From the NCBI GenBank assembly GCA_011109175.1, contig RDEW01000017.1:689855-753854 (forward strand): a DNA stretch of 64,000 bases, given 5' to 3'. Under the pieces are notes generated by a model, which saw only the letters and a list, made by a program, of their open reading frames with translations, made no database searches and had not been told where the DNA came from. The first letter of the stretch is position 1, and the number at the start of each line of letters is the position of its first letter. Source of the stretch: Dicyema japonicum. Taxonomy: Eukaryota; Animalia; Dicyemida. A program made the position numbers and the translations under genes. Positions 41,441-52,899 of the stretch are shown here, in pieces.

Positions 41441-42239
41441 GCGCATCATGAACTTCTTGGAATATGTGTCACCGTACGTACGTGGAACTATGCCGTACGT
41501 GGAACTACATCGATTTTTTTCGCATTTTTATAACACCATTCAACTCAGAAAAATCTGAATTATCTAGGGTACTAATTTTTATTTTGATTGGTTCTAGTGG
41601 AGTTCCACGTAGGAGGGTAACAATATAGAAGTTTCACTTTTATCAATATCCAACAGGAGATGCTCCAGAAGCTTGTAGATGCCAAACTTTTATGGGATAA
41701 GTGGAAATTAAGTTGTGAATAATTTTGAAGCATTACAGGATTCAGCCTCGAACAGAAAGTTTTTTGTGAGCGTTTATATTAGTCGTTTTCATAAAGATGA
41801 GGAGATGACACTACGTGAATACATTTGTAGTGATTATGTCATCTGAATAGGATAGCATTACTGAGTTTTGTCGGAATTGATAGGCAAGTCTATAAAAGGA
41901 TTAAAAAGCGAAAGCGACAAAAGGGATCCTTATGGTACACTGAAAAACTTCTAGATAGATTTAAAAATTTTTGTGACAACTCTTCCTTCATCTATGTTCG
42001 CTAAGAAAGATGGCATGCCATTACTTGACTTGTGGCTAAATTTTGAATGTTAAATCTTTTTCGTTGAGATTTTTCCTGGGCCTTTTGAATGTCGATTGAA
42101 CTCATTAAGGTTTCAGATGTCTAAACTTTGATGGGAGACCGTTTAAGATAATATCTGGAAATGTTCTAAGTTGTTTGACTAAGATGATTAAATCTTCATT
42201 AAAATTATCGTTTAAATATACTTGGGATTTCAAAAGGTA

Positions 42240-43608
42240 CAGTAAAATCTCTCGAATCCGCCAATTTCGGGGATCGGCAAAATCTGGCGGATTCGAGAGA
42301 CTCATTGATTTTTTAATCCATTAAAAAAATCCATTAATAATGTAAATCAAAAAAATTATTGTAAGCAAAAAATCAGTAAGTATTGATTTGTTTCTTTTTA
42401 TAGTTCGGATCATTGAAGATCCAAGCTATTCAATAGACTTAAAATTATCGACATTAAGGAATTCTTCTTGATTATAGAATCCTTTTAATTTATTTAAAAC
42501 TAGAAAAGCTCGCTTATAGTTACACCTTTCTGACTTTCTTCAATGGGTTCTTAACTATCAATTTCTTGTTCTATTTTCTCCGAATCATTCAAATCAAGTT
42601 CTTCATTTTCATTGTAGTTAATTTCGAAATAAAGTCTCTCTTCTAAAAGATCACTTATGTTCATTTTGTCTAGAAAATAATCTTAATTTTCAATAACAGG
42701 GTTTTCATAATTTATACTTTTAATGTTTTGAATTTATTTTGCGTGTGTAAAGCATTTGAATGTTAAAGAAATCTATCTTGTTCCGAGCATAATGTGTGAA
42801 TAATATTGCATCTTTTAAGTTTAATTTTTTGTATGCAAAATAGGGATTCATCCCAGCTTCAATTTTCTGAATAATATTAGAAAATATAAGAGAATTGAAA
42901 TTGCATTTTTACGAATTGATTATACCCTGATTCAGTGGTTGCAAAACAACGTTGTATTCGCTGGTAGAAATATTGTTTCAATTTGGTTTAATTCAATCAA
43001 TACCTAATGTAAATGTTATGAAATTCACTTTATGTGCAGGACATATATCTACAACAAGCAAAATTTTTCTATTATGCTTCCCCAATTCTAATTCCCATTT
43101 CAAAAGAAATTGATTAAAAATTCGGCTATCTATCCATGATTTTTGAATTAGAATATGTGACATATTTTTTAATATAAAATTTTTGAAACATCTAGGATTT
43201 TTAAACATCCCGAGTAGTAAAGGTGTTCGTTTATCTGTAACATGACAGAAACTAAACTTTAAATATTCTTTGCGAGAAATGTCAGATCGTAAGTTATTCA
43301 ACATTTATTCAGATCCTCTATTACTTCTCAGATCATCAATAAATTTACGAAAAATAAAGGCATTATATTTTTTGGAAAAAATTTCTGAAATTTTTATCGG
43401 TAATTCAATTTTCAATTCAATAAACTTTAAAATGGCAATTTTTTGTTTGTTTTTAATCGTGTACAGTTACGTTTCATGAAAACAACAATAAACAATGACA
43501 ACGTGTTAATAAGTTATTTAAAATATTGTTTGGCGGATTCATTTAAAAAATCTGGCGGATTCGATAAAATTTTTTTAGAAAAAATAGCGGATTCGAGAGA
43601 CTTTACTG
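42240..43608 (-). mobile_element. pogo/Tigger-like DNA transposon (degenerate, internally deleted) with TIRs and TA TSD
   Basis: TA|CAGTAAAATCTCTCGAATCCGC ... GCGGATTCGAGAGACTTTACTG|TA; subterminal GGCGGATTC repeats; DDE_1-type motifs KNPRCFKN, KILLVVDICPAH and PLNQGII. Confidence 0.9.
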
Positions 43609-44050
43609 TACTTCTTTCTGGTTAAAAATTTAAATAGTTAAAATATCCATTTTATTTATTTTTTAATAAAAATGTAGCATATTTTTAATATTCTTGAAGA
43701 ATCGATTTTTTATAATCAAAATGAATCACTCTGATTTGTTGTAATTTTTGCTTGTGATTAAAACCATGTGATTCTCACATGCCATCGAACCGTTGATAGT
43801 AAAAAAGAGAATAAACAGTAAAGTAGAGAAGAAGGATGGCTGATTGTCCGCATTTCCATACAAATCTTAAGAGGAAATGCGTTTTCAATCATGAAAGCTG
43901 TTACCAAGCAATAATAATTTGTTAATTTCTATAATAAAAATCATATCAAAATTGACACACATGCCATAAAAATAATATTTTTTTAAATATATTTTTTAAA
44001 TAATAAATTATATTATTTAAATTTTAGCTTATCTCGATGGAAATTTTATA

Positions 44051-46498
44051 ATGTCGCAATATGATTATATAATCGAAAATATTCATAAATTAAAGGATCG
44101 CTTATGCAATAAAAGAAATTTTGATTTGGTCAAAAAAACTGAAGATATTCTCTATTTATTGAAATGTCCACTTTTTCTAAAACTTTCAAACATTAATGTA
44201 TAATTAGTAGTTAGAAATTCTAGAAGCCAAAATCCATTATGAATACACACGACTTTTTAAAAGATGGTATTTAAAATTAACTAAAATTAATTAGAAACAC
44301 TCGAAATGCTAAAAAATCGAAACTCTGAATTAGAATTCCATTATATTGAATTGCTGCAGCCACTTAATCAATGTGTTGAATTTTTCATAAATTCTTTGCA
44401 TAATGTAATTGTAACCGCAGTTAAATGTCAAAGTTTTTCATTAGAGTATTCTAATTCGAAAATATTTTCTACTTTAGAAAAGGATTTGAAATTGGAGATG
44501 AAATTTTGGTAATCGATCAAAATTTGCTTTTTCAATTGGAATCATTCAATCGATTAGTTCAATTGCTTTATGGCCGTAAAAGTCCAAGTTTCATAGTTGT
44601 TGGAAGACATTCTAATTTGAAAAATAAATTTCCTTCTGAAAGCAATGTTTCTACGTCAAATTATTCGGTAATCAGTTAAATTATCGTTTAGACATGTGCT
44701 AATAATATTAAAGAAATTGAAATCATCGATCTAAAAAAAGTAAATTCAAGTGTTGGTTTTGGGATTGTTGAAAAGCATCAATTGGGTTTATTTATAAAAA
44801 CAATTATATCTGATGGAGCAGCTGAGCAAGTATTGGAATATAATTTTATCCACCATATTTAGAATGGAAGACTTTTTTCAGGAGATCAATTATTAAAAAT
44901 TGACGAATACACAGTTAAGGGAATGCGAATTAATGAAATATCAGAAATTCTGAAAAAGTGCACAGATGAAAGTATTCGAATTATCGTATCTCGCAATTTT
45001 CGAAGTGATTTATGTTGCTTCAATAATCCGAATATTTATTACTTATTAAAAAATGAGATCGGTGAATTTTTAAAGCAAAATAATGCACTATCAACTTCAC
45101 CAGTTTAAAATAATTTATTTTTATTATTAGGTTCGAAATGATTCTTGCATGATCGATTCAAATGAGAATTCTTTAAGTAAATTAAATAATTCTTCTGTAA
45201 ATTCAGTTTATATATATACTACAATTCTCCGAAAACGTAGATTAAATTCATTTGGTATGATATTCCATACAGATTTATCAAAGACGGGTAATTTTTAAAA
45301 TAATCTTAGGTATTTTCATCGTAGAAATTGGAGACTGACTCACCAGCAGATTTATGCAAACAAATTAAACTGGGAGATCAACTTTTAAGGGTTAAACTAT
45401 ATATATTATTGAAATATTTTAGATCAACAATATTAATATAATTACAATGTCAAACGAAATGGCAATTAAAGAAATTGAAAAAGCTAACAAACTGGATATT
45501 GTTTATTTTGTTTTTTGGACGCATTGGCGAAACTTTTATCAGTTATAATAGTAATCAAATTTTAAAACTATATTTAGATTCAGCAACTAATCTCGATAAT
45601 AAGACCAAAATACTAGTGAAATGGTCCAATATTATCAAAAGAATATAATAATATAATTGTAATTTGTTATTTTCATTTTTAAAGATCGGTCATTGCGATG
45701 CTGGAGGATGGTTTTCGTTTGAAAATTAAGTGGAAGAAGTTAATGAAACGGAGATACAAAAATATATTATAACTGATGTTGCAAAAGAAAGTTATTCTTT
45801 AAAATTTTTATCCTGGAGATGAACTTTTAGAAGTTTATTTATAACTTTTTGTGAATAGGTAAATGGAGTAGAATTGCAATTCTATGATTTGAAGAATATT
45901 ATTAAATTATTATCAGAAAGTAAAAATTATATTACGCTTATCTGCTCACGGCCGAATAAGTTTACTAAAATTTTTGAAAATGTGGTATAATGATTTATAT
46001 TTTAATATAAATTTTTTTAATTCGAGTAATATATTTTTAGAAAATGAAATTTCTACCTCTTATAATTCGAATATCGATATTAATTCTTGTTCATTCGATA
46101 TTCAAAGTGAGACGCAGTCATCTAAAATTAATACAAATTTATTGAGTGTACTTATAATGAAGAATTTATTACCCACTCTATTTGCGAAAAACAAACAATT
46201 TATTAGATTTTTCATTTCGATTTACAAAACTTGTAATACACTTTTTTAATTTAATAGGAAAATAATTCAAAAGTTTGCCAATTATTGATAAAATAATGAT
46301 TGATAAAACTAATTATAATTCGATTGAAGGAAATGTAAATAATTGCGATTAATAATATTACTCTTAAAGGAAAAACAAAAATCAGAAATTATTGAAGCAT
46401 TAAAAAATCTTCCCGACGGTCAAATTCATTTAGAAACCATTCCTATTAAATTAATTAATGATAATAAAATAGAAACAACCGAATTATCGAAAAAATAA
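44051..46498 (+). CDS. Multi-PDZ scaffold, PATJ/MPDZ-like (putative L27 plus 3 or more PDZ domains)
   Basis: L27-like LLKCPLFLKL; PDZ motifs SVGFGIV...FIKTIISDGAAEQ|NGRLFSGDQLLKID, DSPADLCKQIKLGDQLLR|INN and PGDELLE|VNG. Both ends approximate. Confidence 0.7.
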
Positions 46499-46679
46499 AA
46501 TTGAAGATAACATAGCTTCGGTGATAAAATTATTTTTGGACAAAAAAATTTAAAATTTAATTATTTTTAAAAGAAAACTTTCTTTTTGTTTTTCTAAATT
46601 CACTAAATAATATAAATATAGTTAATAAATATATTATTATTTTTTTGTAATTTTATGTTTTATTATCAATGAATAAAAA

Positions 46680-47500
46680 TTAAATTAAGGCATCTGAATG
46701 GCCATGCTATTTCCCTAACAATAAGCCAACGAGATACGTTCTCGGAACCAACCAGTCTCTCGCGGATCCTTGGTCAACAGCTTGAATCATGAGCCGATCT
46801 TACGAACCAACTCATCTGCTTGGGGCAAGGATTCCTGACGTTTCCACCCAATGGAACAAAAAGATACTCCTCCGAAATTCTCTGGTACCTTACTCTTCTT
46901 TCGTTCCTCAGCCTGCTTGAAGCATGTCTGGGTCTGAGCAGAAGCAACCAAATTAAGACGGGGAATAAGTATCAACACACGTCGCGTCCCCAGATCAGGT
47001 TTCGTCTTTTGGCGAATGGAAAAGTCGTCATCCCATCAGGGCGTTTTCCATCGTTTCGGGAAAGACTAGCAGGTTCTAACAGGCAATGGTGTCCAGCAGA
47101 GGCAAGGGAATTTAATGTCATGTTAAGACAGGAGTGCCTGGGGAAACGACCCGCACTCATCTTGCATGACAAGGGATGATAACCAAAAGGATCGATCCAA
47201 CGTCCACAGCGGCATTTTCTTTCGGCACACAATTTAAGACCAAGACGAAGCAAGGTAGCTATTCTCACTGCCTCATCATCCAACAGTTTCCAATTTCGGC
47301 AGATGGATAAGCGTTCATCCAGGCCCCCGTCGAGTGACAACTGGCCGTTTTGAGGCAGGCAAGCCTTCTTACATCTTCCGTCTTTTCAAGGGACTCTTTC
47401 TTCTTTTCGAAGACACAAAACAAATAGGACTTTTGCTTATCACAATTGGCCGGAGCATTCAGGTACAAATTCATCCATTCATCCCAGGCTCCTGACGGAG
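46680..47500 (-). mobile_element. 5'-truncated CRE-like element; same subfamily as 50420-50930
   Basis: TGAWMNAYP, CRCG..HPLSC..RH and DGKRPDG motifs. Confidence 0.88.
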
Positions 47501-47569
47501 TCAGCGGTATTTTGAATTATCGTCGTTGTCGTCGTCGTTAATATATACAGTTCTCTCTCCTATTATCTA

Positions 47570-49880
47570 TTCATGTCTGTTTTTTATGATGTACTACACG
47601 AAGACACCTCATGCAAAGGGTGCAGAGTATCCAATTCTCGCAAGTGCGGGATTCGATGTTCTGTATGTGTTGGTTACTACCACATAGGTTGTGAAAAACT
47701 ATCCAAGAAAATTGCTCGATCACTTCCCTGTAGTCGTGCCGGTCGTGCCGTCTGGAACTCACTAAAATTGAACCTCGTGAACATTTTGTGTCATCATCAT
47801 CTGTATCAGACCTTCTGGAAGCCATGTCTCCGGAAAATTTTCTGGTTTTATTATCAAACACGCGACAAAGGAAGATTATCTCTGTCAGGATCCTCAAGGC
47901 TTTCCGGATCTTAATTGCTTCTGCCCTTTTTTCTTGCATTGAGAAAGCTGTGTCCAATGGCTCGAAAAAGGATTGGATGGTTTTTTTCTCTTTCCCTGTC
48001 CTGGCTATGGTGTTAGAGCGTAAGCCTGCCCATCTTCTCGGAAACCCTCTCTATCCCATGTCCTGAAGAAGCGCGTGAGTGCCTTTATGAATTCATGAGA
48101 GTCCCTGGCTGAAGAATTATTTGTTTCCCCAGTTGATTACTTCCCAAAGTCCAATTCCAAACGATCCAGTATGGCTCCTGAGAGGCTTCGCTCTCGTGTC
48201 AGGAGGAAATTGATGGAGGGATCTTACTGCTGCAGTTCGAACTGTTTGTACGGATTCTGACCCGGTGAAAGCCACTCAGGAGACACTCTGTATGTTGGGA
48301 GAGAAACATCCTCCAGAACCAGAAGACTTTTGTAAACCTGTTCGTCCAGAACAATCTATGCATGATATTTCCACTTCAGCCATTTACAACGCTCTTTTCT
48401 TTCCGAAGAAGTAGCAGTGGAGGAGTTGACGGTCTCAAACCTGGCCATCTGTCAGACTTGGTGTCCCATTCTGTCGGCAGGCCTGGATCGCTACTCTTGG
48501 AGCGAACCCGGGATCTCGTAGCTCGCATGCTTTCCGGAAACGTTTCCGATTTTGGTCGGAATCTCCTCTTTTCGGCGAATCTAACGGGCCTTGGAAAGAA
48601 AGATGGTGGTATTCGCCCCATTGCAATTGGAAACGTATTTCGACGTTTATCCGCAAAAATGGCTTGTCGTTTTGTTATCTCCCGAATTTCAGCCGAATTT
48701 TGTCCTTCGCAGCTTGGTGTCGGAATCAATGGCGGCTGTGAAGCTGGGATCCACGCAGTGAGAGAATTTGCGTCACAATCAGCTGAATTGAATGTTGAGG
48801 ACAGAGTTTTATTCAAATTGGACCTCCGGAATGCCTTCAATTCAGTCAGAAGGGACACCGTCCTTGATACCTGTAGGAGGAGGATTCCTCAGATTTATCC
48901 CTTTGTATATCTCGCGTATTCGGATCCATCCCCTCTTGTTTTTGGCAGTGGAATTATTTCGTCCGGATCCGGAGTTCAACAGGGGACCCACTCGGTCCTC
49001 TTCTATTTTTCTTGTCTATCGACCATATTGCCCAGGACCGTTGCACTCCACTAACGTCTGGTATCTGGACGATTGTATTCTCGGTGGAAGTCCCGATGAT
49101 ATTCTCTCCAAAGTTGCATCGATCAGAAGTTTGTGTGGAAAAATCGGTCTGGAATTTAACAATGAAAAGTGCGAAGCAATTAATCTGAATTTGAGTTCCG
49201 ATTCATTCTACCTTTTTCATAGAAAACTCTGCGAATCATACCAGGGGTTAGGGAGACTCATATTGATTCTCTCGACTTCCTTGGGTGTGGGATTTTGGTA
49301 AACCGGGTGAGGGAGTTATTGGAAGGCAAGAAGACTAATTTACGTCAGTATGCCGACAGGATGAGTTTTTTGGATCGTCATGTCGCCTTTTTTATGCTGA
49401 AGAATTGTCTCCTTCTCCAAAACTCCTTTTTATTCTACGGGGATACCCAGGCTACGCCGAAAAAGACCTTCTATCGTTAATTGATATGGATATCCGGTCG
49501 ACGATGGGGTCCATTCTTAATGTTTGTTTTGATGATTTCGGATGGTTACAGGCCTCACTCCCTGTAGCCTGCGGTGGTTTGGGTCTTTCTCTTCCTTCGG
49601 ACGTTGCTATTTATCTTCGTTCGGCTCGTTAAGGCGTTTAGTGGATACGGTCCTTCACTCTACTTCCGGACTAAATATATTATTAGATGAAATTTTAGCC
49701 AATTGACTCGGTTCAAACGAACGACGGGATGATGAAATTCATTTTTTCTAATGATCCGTCGGATGGGATCAATGATCCAAAGGGTCACCAAGGATCCACG
49801 TGAGACTGTATGGTTTCGAGAGCGAATCTCAATAGCTATTTTCAGAAGTAACAGCCTTGCAATTCAAGCTCCCTAGTCAA
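47570..49880 (+). mobile_element. CRE-like retrotransposon with N-terminal PHD finger and RT; RLE region largely deleted
   Basis: CKGC..CSVCVGYYHIGC..CRSC; KKDGGIRPIAIGNVFRRL, QLGVG, KLDLRNAFNS, GVQQG, WYLDD and LPVACGGLG. Confidence 0.88.
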
Positions 49881-50419
49881 TTTAATTATTTTTGATATGA
49901 TTATTTTTCTATTAAAAAAAATAACTAGTTGTTCAATTTTTTTTATAAATATGGATGATTTTTATTTGAAATCGGAAATATAAACAAAAATTTACTAACA
50001 AATTATGAGATTTTGGGAAAGAGGACATTAATCATATACATGCGCTGTGAAAACATCTACATTCACAGGGGTCTCTGAATCGCAATCGAATTCCCCATTT
50101 TGTTGTTGACCTATTCTTTTTAACAGCTTTAAATGTTTCAAAGGTTATTGGGGTGGTGGTTAATTGGTCGAATTTCAAGGTGAATATGTACCTCTATTGC
50201 GTGAAATATCTATGTCGCTTCATAATGGTGACTAATCGATGAAATGAAGCCAAGGAATGTTATTTAATTTCGTTTTTTTGCTGTTCGAGAGTCTTGAGCC
50301 AAGGAATGTTACGATCAACGTCATTTGTTAATACCAAAAAATTTTATGTTCTTTAGAATTCTTTAAAAAATCTGAAAAAAAGTAATTTTTAATCAAAAAA
50401 TATCATATAAAATGAATAA

Positions 50420-50930
50420 AAATTAAATTAAGGCATCTGAATGGCCATGCTATTTCCCCTAACAATAGCCAACGAGATACGTTCTCGGAACCAACCAGTC
50501 TCTCGCGGATCCTTGGTCACAGCTTGAATCATGGAGCCGATCTTACGAACCAACTCATCTGCTTGGGGCCAAGGATTCCTGACGTTTCCACGCGAATGGA
50601 ACAAAAGATACTCCTCCGAAATTCTCTGGTACTTACTGTCTTTCGTTCCTCGGCCTGCTTTGAAGCATGTCCTGGGTCTGAAGCAGAAGCAACCAAATTA
50701 GACGGGGAATAAGTATCAACACACGTCGCGTCCCAGATCAGGTTTCGTCCGTTGGCGAATGGAAAAGTCGTCATCCCATCAGGGCGTTTTCCATCGTTTC
50801 GGGAAAGACCAGCAGGTTCTAACAGGCAATGGTGTCCAGCAGAGGCAAGGGAATTCTTTAATGTCATGTTAAGACAGGAGTGCCTGGGGAAACGACCCGC
50901 ACTCATCTTGCATGACAAGGGATGATAAAT
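50420..50930 (-). mobile_element. 5'-truncated CRE-like element
   Basis: HPLSCKMSAGRFPRH..DGKRPDG..WDATCVDT; near-identical to 46680-47180. Confidence 0.88.
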
Positions 50931-51331
50931 CAACTTTATATCAACGATAAATAAGATGATTATTGGCAAACCATTCATCTTTACATTTCATAGTCAGTTG
51001 TTGATGGTTCCAGTTAAGCAAGCTAGTTAACGATTCAGGATGAATAACAAAGCGTAGTGGTGGCATGCTATTCCATATAAAATCCTTATCTTAGGTTTGG
51101 ACGCATCTATTCATATGATCAAAATGAATATTTTTTGTGCAAGCAGATTTCAAAGAATTGTTATATACAGTAAATTTGGGAGAATTTATATTCTTTATTT
51201 TCTTGTTAATTTATAAATTAGACAGCTCAATTTTTTTAATTAAAATACTAATTAGTCTTAAACTTCAAGAAAAATCGCGAAAGCATTATCGAAAAAAGGC
51301 AAAAAATTATGTGAACAATCAAAAAGTTAAA

Positions 51332-52693
51332 TCAACTGGGAATCAAATAAACATACACATTTTGATAGTAAAATAGAATTCTTCCGTGATATGAGCACGA
51401 TAAATCCCAGACTAAAAATGTGACGAAATACAAACTTTTTCGTCGCTCATGAGACCGAAATATTCCGCAATTGAAACAAAAGTTTCCGTTGAATACTTGA
51501 TTTTAATCTTTTTAAAATGAGATATGTCCACTTTTTTGATAAACTCAAAAGTAACTAAAATTGCATCTTCCATTTGGGAATCAAAATTTTTAGAATATTC
51601 CTCCTATTTATAAAAAAATAAAACAATACATTGTAAAGATAACTGATATCGGTTCTTGCCAATTTATATATTACAAATTTCATTCAGACTATTTTTCGAA
51701 TATTTATCCAAAAATTGCCCTCTAAGTAAATCATGCTAAATAAACTTGCTAGTACGAGAAATATTCATGTGTCGGGTACGAGAGATATCTGGATAAATGC
51801 ATTGTCTCCCTTTCCGTATATTTGGTGTACGCATATAATCGTCCCAATAACTGCACATAATTTAAATTATAGTAACGATTGTGGCCAATTTAACTTAATT
51901 TCGAGCCAGATATTTTTTGTCAGCATCCATCCTAACCCCGGCATAAAATCGGTTCTTCTTAGCAAATCTAGTCATAAAAAGTATATTTTTAAACCTGATT
52001 TCTTTGTTATGAGATCAAAACTTCCATTGTCGTTCCAAGCAGAAATACACCAAACCGTCGAATCATTTAGTAATATTTTAACCAGGCGTTTAAAATAGTC
52101 GAAAAAGTCACATGAAATAATTAAATCATCAATAAAAATAATTTAGTATATAAACCCTCAAGAATAATAGCGATATCATATTCTAGAAATATCCTATTCA
52201 AGGCCCAATAATAGTGTTCAGATATACGAGAATATGGAGCTGTTGTTTTGGAATCAAAATCCTGAATTAAAATTTTTATAAAATAATACCCACCAAATTT
52301 TATCAAATCATTCCTATGTTCTTCGATGGCTTTTTCAAGAATGTCACTATGACCGTCAACAGAAACAATAATTGGAAATTTCTCTCTTGAAGGGGTTATA
52401 TCTACCAGTTAATTATTTTGAAAAACTTTATAATATTTTTGATAGAATTTGATATGCAATCGTCTCTGGAGGCGAATATTATAACTGGAATAATTAAATT
52501 AAGATTTTCAAAATTTTTATTAGGGCCATTAATTTTGATTAAATATTTTGGAATATTTAACATGATGAAACAGTAAAAAAGCATGATGACACAGCAAATA
52601 AGAAAAAAAAGAAATTTAGGTTTACGAAATACTCTATTCTAAAGCTCACGATGTTATAAATACTTTTATTATCCTCGGAAATAAAAGGAACAT
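51332..52693 (-). CDS. MGAT1: Alpha-1,3-mannosyl-glycoprotein 2-beta-N-acetylglucosaminyltransferase (GnT-I, GT13)
   Basis: Type II TM anchor; IPVIIFASR; FPIIVSVDG; YSRISEHYYWALN; ILEDDL..DFFDYF; WCISAWNDNG; RTDFMPGLGWML; C-terminal GLMSDEK|SGIYRA. Confidence 0.92.
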
Positions 52694-52899
52694 TAAAAAA
52701 AACTAAATTTGTTGCTGAAAAAATGCACCACACGGAGGATTAAATGCCGTTTAAATAATTAATATTTTTATGAAATTAATTTTAGCAAAATAAAAGCAAA
52801 TTAATTTTTATTTTCATTAAATTAATCGAACAATCTCCTTTAAATTAAAAAATGGATGCTTAGGATGGATGTTGACAAAAAATATCAGAAAAAAATTTT

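Noticed and set aside
41370-41470. HDV-like ribozyme at the 5' end of the RTE element
   Set aside because: Only a CTAA and a weak P3-like stem are present; there is no convincing P1 partner.
47521-47538. (CGT)n microsatellite as a CRE target site
   Set aside because: Seen at only one junction between two CRE-like elements; no other copy has it.
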